Source of the DNA: Microgenomates group bacterium
Lineage (GTDB): Bacteria; Patescibacteriota; Microgenomatia; UBA10105; UBA927
NCBI GenBank assembly: GCA_049287205.1
Contig: JBAQFJ010000001.1
Span: forward strand, 703,041-767,040
DNA length: 64,000 bases
Direction: 5' to 3'
The position numbers were made by a program, and so were the translations under genes. This document shows positions 49,599 through 58,662 of this stretch, piece after piece; the first letter of the stretch is position 1; every line of letters begins with the position of its first letter. The notes under the pieces are model-generated. The model saw nothing but the letters and a program-made list of their open reading frames with translations. It ran no database searches and was not told the DNA's origin.

Positions 49599-51287
49599 CT
49601 ACCAACTTCCGCCACCCCCTCCGCCACCCCCTCCGCCGGAGAATCCTCCCCCTCCGGAAAACCCGGATGAGAACCCTGAAGATGACCGTGTGGGAGTAGC
49701 TGATGACACGACAGTCGATGAAAATCCGTGACCAAAATGATTCATAAAAAGGACTGTGTTAAAGGCTCTATTATCATACGTATCATACCAATTTGGCTTC
49801 ATAAGCCCTACGTCTTTAAACCGTTCCGCCCAAATCTTTTCCACGCCGAATATAATTGCGTAAGGTAAAAACTTCTCAAAAAGCAGTTGTTTTTTTGCCT
49901 GAAAAGCATACTGACGATCTTGTGACAAAATGAAGCCTTTTAACGCAAGTGCGACATTTGCTGTATTTACACCAGTGATTGTTTTTTTCGGCATACTCCT
50001 GCCAAAAAAGAATGCGATGATTGCAAGTCCAATATTGCCGGTAAACAGGGCAAATCCGGCGATCACCATATACAACGTCCGCGTTTTTTGAGGATTTTTT
50101 GGAAACAACCCTTCAGCTACCACTGCTTCGTATAACTGTTCTTTTATTTTTGCCACAGTTCCTGACAGATCCTCATCTTTTATACGAATTTGTGTTTTGC
50201 TGCCTGCAAATACTTTTGTAAGAAATGTTCGTTCAAACACTTCAAGCGTCTCTCCACGGACAGATTGCTTTATTTGTTCCAAATAAAAATCGTTTTTCTT
50301 TTTTTCAATAATTTTGATATATCCCCGACGCGCAAGATCAACCAATGTTGCGATAATATCTTTTACGTCAGCCGTTTCATCTACAAGCGTTCCTGTTTCA
50401 GCAGGAGTCAATTCTCTCCCCTGAACAGTTTTCGGGACAGCAAACCACACATGGGCTTTTCCAATGGTTCCCTTTGGATCCCGTCCGGTTTTGAACCACT
50501 TTACAATAATAAAAATTGGCAGCCCGATGTACCAAGTAATCGCCAGAAGTATGCCAACAACCGCAGCGATTATTGCCATGAAGTCAGCAAACCACGTATT
50601 TACTTTTTTTGCTTCTGTAATCGTCATGAGTCCTTTCGGAAATCCGACAACAACAGTCAACCCTTCTCCTTGATACAGCTGACTGGTTGTGGATGCGGAT
50701 ACTATCCCATTTTCATAGGTGATAGAGCATTCTTGCGCGGTACTTTTCAGTGCGCCTGAAAAACAAGTAAGCTGCATTTGATCACTTGCAACAGTAAACG
50801 GAAGTATAACGGTTGCATCAACCTGACCAATTGGCACTTCCCAATCATTCCCGGTTATATTCCAATATAATTCATCATGATCGGAGTACGGAACAAATGC
50901 TCCCTGCACACGATATCCGATACGATACATGTGTGTTCCCGTTATCGTTTTATTTGCATCTCCTACTTTTAGTTGAATTTCTTTATCTGTGGTTTCTTGT
51001 TTCGTTGTATACGGAACGCCTTTTCCATCGCGTACAGAAATAGCATCTATGGTCATAGTATACAATTCATTATTTTCATTCGTTTTTGTATAGGGCAAAT
51101 TCCTGAAAATTCCATGACGATCAACGGATCCAAAATCATAAAGAATTTGCTCTTCAACAACCATAGAACTATCGCTTGCGACAGTAATTTCAGACTGAAA
51201 CGAAGAAATAGATTCCGCGCGCACCGATGGAAGACCAACACATAAACTGAAGAAAATACTAATAAAAAAGAAAACAACCCGTTTCAT
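49599..51287 (-). CDS. DUF2207-family membrane protein with poly-Gly C-terminus
   Basis: Signal peptide, extracellular beta-rich N-domain, TM helices, C-terminal '...GGGGFSGGGGGGGGGGSW'. Confidence 0.65.
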   Translation of the reverse strand: MKRVVFFFISIFFSLCVGLPSVRAESISSFQSEITVASDSSMVVEEQILYDFGSVDRHGIFRNLPYTKTNENNELYTMTIDAISVRDGKGVPYTTKQETTDKEIQLKVGDANKTITGTHMYRIGYRVQGAFVPYSDHDELYWNITGNDWEVPIGQVDATVILPFTVASDQMQLTCFSGALKSTAQECSITYENGIVSASTTSQLYQGEGLTVVVGFPKGLMTITEAKKVNTWFADFMAIIAAVVGILLAITWYIGLPIFIIVKWFKTGRDPKGTIGKAHVWFAVPKTVQGRELTPAETGTLVDETADVKDIIATLVDLARRGYIKIIEKKKNDFYLEQIKQSVRGETLEVFERTFLTKVFAGSKTQIRIKDEDLSGTVAKIKEQLYEAVVAEGLFPKNPQKTRTLYMVIAGFALFTGNIGLAIIAFFFGRSMPKKTITGVNTANVALALKGFILSQDRQYAFQAKKQLLFEKFLPYAIIFGVEKIWAERFKDVGLMKPNWYDTYDNRAFNTVLFMNHFGHGFSSTVVSSATPTRSSSGFSSGFSGGGGFSGGGGGGGGGGSW

Positions 51288-51292
51288 GAAAC

Positions 51293-52309
51293 TTACCGTA
51301 AATAATCAGCGATATTTTTCTCATGTTCTTCAATTGTCGTTGCGTAATGCGCCACCCCGTCTGCCCCATGCAAGTAAAACATATACTCTGTTTTTGTCGG
51401 ATAAATTACCGCCGTAATTGCGTCAATACCGGGATTTGCAATCGGTGCAGGAGGAAGCCCCGGATACATATAAGTATTGAATGGTGAATCGATCTTTTTA
51501 TCAGCATCCGTTAACTCTTTTTTCCACCATGTCTTATCGCCTGATTGATATCCCAATATATATTGTAGAGTTGCATCCACCTGCAGCGGCCAATCTTGGT
51601 TTAACCGGTTTAACAGTATTCCCGCAATCATCGGTCTGTCCTGGTTTGTTTTTCCTTCCCGTTCTACAAGCGATGCAAGTGTTATAACAGATGCGAGAGA
51701 TAATCCTTCTTTTTTTGCGTCAGCGACCATCTGTGGAGTTACTTTTTCGGCGAATGTATCCGCGAGTATTTTAACAACCGCTCCGGCTGTTGCATCCTGC
51801 GGAATCGAATAGGTATCAGGAAACATATAGCCTTCACGTGCCGCAGATAAAAACTCTTTTTCCGGTATGTTTAATTCTTTTGCTATATTCGTGGCAATTT
51901 CTTCCACTCGCCATCCTTCAGGAATCGTCACCCAAACATCCATCGTGCCGAGCGTTAATTCTTTTGCAATGGTTTTTGTATCCATGGTTTTATTTAACCG
52001 AAATTCACCCGCCTGAATCTGCCCGTCGGTATTAAAAAACCGCACTAATAAATAGAATCCTATTTGACTTCGGATAAGTCCAGCTGATGCAAGTCTCCGT
52101 GCAATTTCTTTTGATCCTTGTCCTGCAGGGACTACAAACGTAACAAGTGCTGTATCTTTTTCATCAACCGGACTCATGGCGTTTTTCCACCAGACAAATC
52201 CGATAATGCTAACAACCAAAACAACGGCGAATAAACTGAAGACGCGGGTGATAACAGTATTATTTGATTTCATCGAGTGTTGCTCTCCTATATTTATTTG
52301 CAGCAGCAT
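51293..52309 (-). CDS. mltG: Endolytic murein transglycosylase MltG (YceG-like), paralog 2
   Basis: 'AGILLNRL', 'LQVDATLQY', 'SPFNTYMYPGLPPAPIANP'. Confidence 0.8.
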   Translation of the reverse strand: MLLQINIGEQHSMKSNNTVITRVFSLFAVVLVVSIIGFVWWKNAMSPVDEKDTALVTFVVPAGQGSKEIARRLASAGLIRSQIGFYLLVRFFNTDGQIQAGEFRLNKTMDTKTIAKELTLGTMDVWVTIPEGWRVEEIATNIAKELNIPEKEFLSAAREGYMFPDTYSIPQDATAGAVVKILADTFAEKVTPQMVADAKKEGLSLASVITLASLVEREGKTNQDRPMIAGILLNRLNQDWPLQVDATLQYILGYQSGDKTWWKKELTDADKKIDSPFNTYMYPGLPPAPIANPGIDAITAVIYPTKTEYMFYLHGADGVAHYATTIEEHEKNIADYLR

Positions 52310-52451
52310 CGTACATATAAATACGGCCGCATTCGCACGTTATTTGAATTAATCCTGTTCCTTGAGATTTTGGAAGTTCCTTTCCACACCCGACGCATTT
52401 CCCTTGAGACAATAACCACGCCTGTACTGGAGCGATGATATTTTTAAACAT
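52260..52451 (-). CDS. Hypothetical small zinc-ribbon protein
   Basis: 'CVGCGK...CECG'; overlaps the mltG-2 5' end. Confidence 0.3.
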   Translation of the reverse strand: MFKNIIAPVQAWLLSQGKCVGCGKELPKSQGTGLIQITCECGRIYMYDAAANKYRRATLDEIK

Positions 52452-52452
52452 A

Positions 52453-53706
52453 TTATTCGACTGTATAGATCGGAATATTTTTTACTGTTTCTATTGCTTC
52501 GCGCATCCGATATGCATCCTGACTATACAATGTGCATAGTATATCACCTTTATCCACATGCTCTTCAAGTTTTCTGTTTAAAAACATTCCCGCCTTCTTA
52601 TCTGTGGGACATCCTAGAATCCGACAGATCATGCTGATTTCCTTATTATCGATTCTTATTACTCTTCCGCCGTTTCCTGCAGCCAGTTCATATTTTTCTT
52701 TTCCGGCTATAAGCATTTCACTTGTTATATCAGGATTTCCCCCTTGTGCTTTAATAATTTCACGCATTTTTTGAAGGGCTTTCCCTGATGTTAACAGTTC
52801 CCGTGCCAGCTCTTCACCGTTGACGCCCTGCATACTCGGAGTGTCGGCAATACAGATATTCAACAATTTACCGGCAAGTCGGAGGGCTTTATTTTCAAGA
52901 GTAATTGAGCGGCATGCTTTTTGTTCCAACACTTCAAACACATCATGTGCCTCGAGTACCGGCCCAACACCAAATCCAGCATTCTGTGTTGTCTCATTAA
53001 TGTCGATCGTAATTTTTATATTAAATTTCTCAGCTAAGTACGAAAATTTCTTTGCAATAATTTCCGCGTCAGCAAAATGCTGTACTTTCATTGTCGGGCC
53101 GACGGGAATATCGATTACCAAATGTGTTGCACCAACGGCAATTTTTTTTGCCATGATGGCAATAATGAATTTATCGTATGATTCAAACCCGAGGGGTTGA
53201 CCGATTTCGATAATCACATCATCGGCGGGCGCAAGCCCTAGATGTCCTCCCCACACAATGCATCCACCGACATCATGAATAATTTTTTTAATTTGTTCTG
53301 CTTCAAATGTAACAGGCGCGACTACTTCCATTGTGTCTGCAGTCCCTGCAGGGCTGGTAATTGCACGTGTTGAATTTTTTGGTATTTGAAATCCGGCCGC
53401 TGCAACAATCGGTACAAGAATCATCGTTGTTCTGGTGCCGGCCACCCCTCCGGTGCTGTGTTTATCTGCAACTATGCCGTCAAACTGCAATCGCTTTCCG
53501 GTTTCCACCATTGCTTTTGTCATGAAAACCATTTCTTCTATGGAAAATCCTTCTTTAAATCCCGCTGCGGTAAAATATGTTGTAAGCACCGGTCCTAACC
53601 GTTCATGCGCTATTTCATCCATCACGGAAAATATTTCCCGATACGTTAATTTTTTCCCTAAAAGCTTTTTTTTAATCGCCTCAAGCGCAACATCTTCCTG
53701 TTTCAT
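52453..53706 (-). CDS. AMP/thymidine phosphorylase family enzyme (glycosyltransferase family 3, archaeal DeoA-like)
   Basis: 'DKHSTGGVAGTRTTMILVPIVAAAGFQIPKNSTRAITSPAGTADTMEV'; start trimmed to 'MKQEDV' at 53706, giving an ATGA overlap with the sortase stop. Confidence 0.75.
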   Translation of the reverse strand: MKQEDVALEAIKKKLLGKKLTYREIFSVMDEIAHERLGPVLTTYFTAAGFKEGFSIEEMVFMTKAMVETGKRLQFDGIVADKHSTGGVAGTRTTMILVPIVAAAGFQIPKNSTRAITSPAGTADTMEVVAPVTFEAEQIKKIIHDVGGCIVWGGHLGLAPADDVIIEIGQPLGFESYDKFIIAIMAKKIAVGATHLVIDIPVGPTMKVQHFADAEIIAKKFSYLAEKFNIKITIDINETTQNAGFGVGPVLEAHDVFEVLEQKACRSITLENKALRLAGKLLNICIADTPSMQGVNGEELARELLTSGKALQKMREIIKAQGGNPDITSEMLIAGKEKYELAAGNGGRVIRIDNKEISMICRILGCPTDKKAGMFLNRKLEEHVDKGDILCTLYSQDAYRMREAIETVKNIPIYTVE

Positions 53707-54407
53707 ATATTTTTGACGAGTCGCATTTTCACATTTAACCGTTTCCAATAGGTACCGGGCGGAACACACGTAACCAGTGTCATATAGGAATCATCAAACT
53801 TTTGTTCCAACGGCGAAAGGTCAGTCGGTTCAACAACAATTTTGTCAAATACTTTGTATACATACTCAACACTGTCATAGTGCACTGTCACAGTGTCCCC
53901 GATTTCTACGGTCGGAAGCAAAGAAAATATAGTTTTATAACTCGTCGGATTATAAAATTGCGGCAATGACGAATGACCGAACACCACCGCATTTCCATAC
54001 TGACCCGGAAGTGGCGTTCCTCCGTAATGCACCAGACTTACCCCGAGATCATCACCGGAAACAATAACTTTTGCATTCTCAATACGCAATTTTGGAATAG
54101 ATAACGAATACATATTTACTGTGGCAGTTACTTTTTTTTGCGGACGAGTCGGATACCATGAACTTGGATTTTCATACTCTGCGGCTTGTGCACTGGCGGC
54201 AAGATACCTTCCCGCCGCATATGCGGAATCCGCAACGGGAGAAATCGTTTTTGCAAGCAGTTCTTGCGTTATCAGACTGAATGAAAGAATAGGCCATAGC
54301 GTCCACACAAGCAGAATAATACCGAATCCCATAAATAAAAACGACAGGATGATAGACCGTTTTACCGGACGCTTAGGAACTTGTTTTACATAACGATACA
54401 GCGGCAT
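53703..54407 (-). CDS. Sortase-family transpeptidase
   Basis: N-terminal TM; 'GHSS' His region; 'TLVTCVP' active-site Cys; C-terminal Arg. Confidence 0.75.
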   Translation of the reverse strand: MPLYRYVKQVPKRPVKRSIILSFLFMGFGIILLVWTLWPILSFSLITQELLAKTISPVADSAYAAGRYLAASAQAAEYENPSSWYPTRPQKKVTATVNMYSLSIPKLRIENAKVIVSGDDLGVSLVHYGGTPLPGQYGNAVVFGHSSLPQFYNPTSYKTIFSLLPTVEIGDTVTVHYDSVEYVYKVFDKIVVEPTDLSPLEQKFDDSYMTLVTCVPPGTYWKRLNVKMRLVKNI

Positions 54408-54409
54408 AA

Positions 54410-56794
54410 TTATTGAACAACGACAACGTCAACTGTGATGTTTGCAGGGTTGAAAGGAAGTCTTTTTTTATTGACAGCTTTCGAAAAGAAAAATTCTACG
54501 CTGCCGACCCCTTGCAGTTTTTTAATAATTTCTTGTGATGCGACAATAGTCTTTCCAACTAATTCTTTTTTGACCATTTCCACATCAACAGTTGGCAACG
54601 ACACTAAAGATATAGAAGAAATAGCTGTGATCGTTCCGTCTTTTTTTATTGTTGGTGTATCAATCGTTACCGTTGTTCTTCCTTCATTCATCCCATATCC
54701 GCTGGGAATTTCGCTGGAAGCGAGCGGTACAAGTACGGATTTACTATCTTTTTCGTTATATGAAATTCCTGAAATAGTTAAGGTCACTTTGCCATGTAAT
54801 TCTGTTGTTTCCTGATCCAGTTCCTCACGGAATGTTTTGCTGGTAACTGTAGTTTTAATTGTAGAATCGATTAATTTTTCTTCCCCTGCCACTCCTGCAA
54901 GCAAATCCGTCTTTGCCTTTGTCACCAATTCATCAGATAACGCTTTTACCATCGCGTCGTAATCAGATCGTGATACCACAGTTGTTTCACGACTTGTACC
55001 TCCGGAAAATGCCTGATCATTCCGAGCTATTGCGATGCCGGAAGACAAATCTTTAAACGTAAAGTCAGATCCTGCAGCAAGATTTCCTTCTTCTCCAATC
55101 GAGGCGGCTGTTACCGCTGCAATTGTTTTTCCAAATGTTATGGAACCAATTGATTCACTTGCGGATGCAATCGTTATCTCACTATCCAATGTAAACTGTA
55201 AAGAATTACCGCTCACTAACACTGTTCCTTTTTTCAGCACCCGTGAAGATACTGCCTTGTTGTAAATGACAACTGTTCCTTTTGCCGGATCACCGATGCG
55301 CTTCTTTCCGGTGACTGCCGCTGTTTTTTCTCCTGTTACTGATTGCTCCAATTTTTTCCCTGGAATTATAAATTTCTCCTGATCAACAACGGTGGCGGTT
55401 GTTGAAATAGTAAGTGTTTTTGATTTTTGGATACTATGCGGAATAACACCAATAGTGACTGTTGCCTTTGGAATAAAATAATAAAGAAGCGAAAAAACAC
55501 CGAGTGAGAGAAAGAACACAAGTGCGATCGGAATAACAGGAAATTTAGTTGACACCCGTGTAGATGGCGTACGTATTGCCGCAAACAGGGAAACGATCTT
55601 TTCTTTTACAGCGACAAAAAATGATTGTTTTGGTTCATCAGTCTCATCAGATTCTTTTATTTCATGGTGCATTTGCTGTTGTATAACCGGTTGCTCAAGC
55701 ACATCTGTTTCCTGATGAAACCCGAGAGATTCCGGCGCGACAGGAACAACATTCGCATCTTCCGGATGTACCTCAGGCAATTCTTCATTCTCGTCCAACA
55801 TATCGCTTTCCTCTTTTATCTCTTCTTTGTCTTCCACATATTGTTTTGCGGGTGCTGCAATTTGTTCTTCCTGTATCACCTCTTCAATAGTTTTTTCATC
55901 TGTGTTCTCGATATCCTGTTGTGCAACAACAGTTTCCGCGATTGTTTCTTCACCAATAGCCTTTTCTGTTTCTTTTTCTTCAATTTTTTCCTCCACATAA
56001 CTTGCGGTCAATTCACTGGCACCGGCAAGCGCTACCGCCCGCGCAACTTGCTCCGACTCAAATACATCAATGGTCGGATAATGCAGAAAATTCGCTCGTG
56101 TTGTCCATTGATGTGTCAATAACTGTGATTTAATCGTCTCTAATTCTTCCTTGTCTTCCCCAAAAAGAATCATCCGTGACGGCAACACTTCAACATCAGA
56201 AAAACTTTTAATGGCTTTTTCTACATCCTCAACAACAAATTCACTGATGTGAACACTGCGTTCTCCAACCAAATTTCCGACCCTATACAAAGAAACGGTC
56301 ATTTCACCGCCCGCAACATGAATGAGAATGATACTCGGAGGTACACCTTCTTCATGTTTTATCTGAAATACAATCGCTGTTTCGATATTTACAAAACCGA
56401 CGGGCTGCAAATCCAACAAAGTGGTCATCCGCTTAATATCCGCTCGAATTGCCTTATTTATATTTCCTTCTCCAGTTAAAAATTCAGGAGCAAAGCCAAG
56501 TACTGTTTTATGCAGTTCTCCCACTCCGCTTTTTTCCTCAAGCAAACTCACCACTTCATCTACCGCTTCAATGCGTTTTTCCCACGAAACATCTTGGCTC
56601 TTGGTATGTGCACAATTGATAATATCTAATACCGCTTCCTGTCCGATTGTCCATACACATCCTGATATCTGCTGATGGAACAACGTTAATGAAAGATATA
56701 CGTCTTTTGTAGGCTCACTTTTGTGGAATAGGTGTTGTAGTTGATCCCGTATCTTCATGATTGAGATGGCCATAGATCCGGCGAATACCGGCAC
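54410..56794 (-). CDS. Large membrane protein: N-terminal FtsA/PilM-like actin-fold domain, acidic linker, one TM helix, about 370-aa extracytoplasmic Thr/Ser/Val-rich domain
   Basis: 'ILIHVAGGEMTVSLYRVGNLVGERSVHIS' resembles the FtsA/PilM phosphate-2 region; GTG start at 56794 has an 'aaagaggag' SD (alternative ATG at 56758); overlaps alaS 3' end. Confidence 0.5.
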   Translation of the reverse strand: MPVFAGSMAISIMKIRDQLQHLFHKSEPTKDVYLSLTLFHQQISGCVWTIGQEAVLDIINCAHTKSQDVSWEKRIEAVDEVVSLLEEKSGVGELHKTVLGFAPEFLTGEGNINKAIRADIKRMTTLLDLQPVGFVNIETAIVFQIKHEEGVPPSIILIHVAGGEMTVSLYRVGNLVGERSVHISEFVVEDVEKAIKSFSDVEVLPSRMILFGEDKEELETIKSQLLTHQWTTRANFLHYPTIDVFESEQVARAVALAGASELTASYVEEKIEEKETEKAIGEETIAETVVAQQDIENTDEKTIEEVIQEEQIAAPAKQYVEDKEEIKEESDMLDENEELPEVHPEDANVVPVAPESLGFHQETDVLEQPVIQQQMHHEIKESDETDEPKQSFFVAVKEKIVSLFAAIRTPSTRVSTKFPVIPIALVFFLSLGVFSLLYYFIPKATVTIGVIPHSIQKSKTLTISTTATVVDQEKFIIPGKKLEQSVTGEKTAAVTGKKRIGDPAKGTVVIYNKAVSSRVLKKGTVLVSGNSLQFTLDSEITIASASESIGSITFGKTIAAVTAASIGEEGNLAAGSDFTFKDLSSGIAIARNDQAFSGGTSRETTVVSRSDYDAMVKALSDELVTKAKTDLLAGVAGEEKLIDSTIKTTVTSKTFREELDQETTELHGKVTLTISGISYNEKDSKSVLVPLASSEIPSGYGMNEGRTTVTIDTPTIKKDGTITAISSISLVSLPTVDVEMVKKELVGKTIVASQEIIKKLQGVGSVEFFFSKAVNKKRLPFNPANITVDVVVVQ

Positions 56795-58601
56795 TGGCTG
56801 ACTCCTCTTTATCTATTGTAAAGTGACCTAACTCCCCTGTAAAGGAAACGTGTGGTCCGCCGCAAAATTCCGCGGAGTAATATTCACCCTTTTGCACAGT
56901 TTCTGGTGTCGTTCCTTTTTTTAAACCGACAAAATACACACTGACGTTATCTGGATATTTATGACCAAATTCCATCTGCGCACCCGTATTTTCTGCAATA
57001 TCCCGAGGCATTTCTAAACGCGTCACTGATAAATTTTCACTAATTTTTTTATTTACCAAATTTTCCACTTCTTTCAGTTCCTCAGGTGTTACTTTCCGCG
57101 CGAAATTGAAGTCCATACGCAAACGCTCCACTGTAATATTACTTCCCCGCTGTTTAATCGTTGGATCAATTACTTCTTGGAGTGCTCTAAGAAGTAGATG
57201 ATGTGTAGTATGAAGCCGTGTGGTTTCTACACTGTGATCTGCAAGACCACCTTTAAACATTCCAGCGCTGGCGGTGCGAGACAACAGTTGATGTTGTTTA
57301 AATGCATCTTCAAATTGCTGTCTATTTACTGTCTGCCCTCTCGAGGTAACAATTTCTTCTGTCAGTTCCCATGGAAATCCATATGTTTCATAGAGTGTAA
57401 ACGCCTCTTTACCGTCAACTGTATCCATCTTTTCTAATTCTTTCAAACCTTTTTCAATTGTTTTTCCAAACCGTTTTCCTTCGTCAAGAATAGTTGTTAA
57501 TGTTGTTTGTTGCTGCACTCCGACTTCTGGATACGCAAGGGCAAACATCTCAGCAATTGGCGCAACAAGTGTCGGTATAAAATCCTCACTTTTCTCAATT
57601 CCTAGTCTCTTTGCATGCAACATCGAACGTCTGATTAATTTTCGTAGGATGTATCCCTGTTGCTTGTTACTTGGCACAACACCATCAGTAATCATCATGA
57701 CAGCACCCCGCATATGATCTGCGATAATCCGCATGGATCGGGTTGTTTCAGCATTTGTTCCGTATTTTTTGCTTGAAACTTTTTCAATTTCAGAAATAAT
57801 TGAGGAAAATGAATCCGTCAAAAAACTATCCGGCTTGTCATTTGCTGCAGCATTAAGCCGTTCCAATCCGCCACCGAAATCAACGTTCTTTTGCGGTAGT
57901 TCTTCTAGTGTTCCATCCGCCATTTTTTTGTACTGCATGAACACGGAGTTGCCGATTTCCAAAAACCGTCCACAATCACAATTTGGATGACATGTATCAT
58001 TTTTGTACTGTGAATTTTCATGCAGTTGCAGCTCAGCGCCGAAGTCATAAAACATTTCACTGTCCGGTCCTCCAAGTTCTCCTGCAGGCATTTTTTCCGG
58101 CGTTCCCGATCTACTCCACCAGTTTTTTTCCACGTCATATGAAAAAATATGATCATCGGAAATTCCCAAACTTTTCCAGATCAAAGTTGATTCGTCATCT
58201 TTGGCAACCGAATCACCTCCTGCAAACACAGAAACATAAATCCGATTTGGATCTAACCCTAATTCTTTTGTAACAAATTCAAAAAACCAGTGTAATTGTT
58301 CACTCTTGAAGTAGTCACCGAGCGACCAATTCCCAAGCATTTCAAAAAATGTCATGTGACGATTGTCTCCGATTTCATCAATGTCCTGTGATCGGAAAGA
58401 TTTCTGGCTGTTTACTAATCGTTTCCCTTGTGGATGCGGTTGACCTAATAGATATGGGATGAGTGGCTGCATACCGGCACTATTAAACAATGTTGTTGGA
58501 TCGTTTTCCGGAACGAGAGGCGCCGACGGAATCACCGAGTGATTTCGTGGAGCAGAGGAAAAAAACTTTAGATATTTTTCTCGGATTTCATTTGCCGTCA
58601 T
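56715..58601 (-). CDS. alaS: Alanine--tRNA ligase, short form (catalytic and editing domains, no C-terminal C-Ala domain)
   Basis: 'FNSAGM', 'FFEMLGNWSLGDYFK', editing 'HTTHHLL', 'GGPHVSFTGELG', ends after 'IRRIYG'. Confidence 0.85.
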   Translation of the reverse strand: MTANEIREKYLKFFSSAPRNHSVIPSAPLVPENDPTTLFNSAGMQPLIPYLLGQPHPQGKRLVNSQKSFRSQDIDEIGDNRHMTFFEMLGNWSLGDYFKSEQLHWFFEFVTKELGLDPNRIYVSVFAGGDSVAKDDESTLIWKSLGISDDHIFSYDVEKNWWSRSGTPEKMPAGELGGPDSEMFYDFGAELQLHENSQYKNDTCHPNCDCGRFLEIGNSVFMQYKKMADGTLEELPQKNVDFGGGLERLNAAANDKPDSFLTDSFSSIISEIEKVSSKKYGTNAETTRSMRIIADHMRGAVMMITDGVVPSNKQQGYILRKLIRRSMLHAKRLGIEKSEDFIPTLVAPIAEMFALAYPEVGVQQQTTLTTILDEGKRFGKTIEKGLKELEKMDTVDGKEAFTLYETYGFPWELTEEIVTSRGQTVNRQQFEDAFKQHQLLSRTASAGMFKGGLADHSVETTRLHTTHHLLLRALQEVIDPTIKQRGSNITVERLRMDFNFARKVTPEELKEVENLVNKKISENLSVTRLEMPRDIAENTGAQMEFGHKYPDNVSVYFVGLKKGTTPETVQKGEYYSAEFCGGPHVSFTGELGHFTIDKEESASAGIRRIYGHLNHEDTGSTTTPIPQK

Positions 58602-58662
58602 GATCTAGATTATAACATTAACTAGCTTCCATAAGTAACTAAAAGAGAAGTATAATGCGATT

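Noticed and set aside
48943-49680. Tandem direct repeats that could be mistaken for a CRISPR array or minisatellite
   Set aside because: They are in-frame coding repeats (RGG tail of the RRM protein; poly-Gly tail of DUF2207). They have no spacers and no regular repeat-spacer periodicity.
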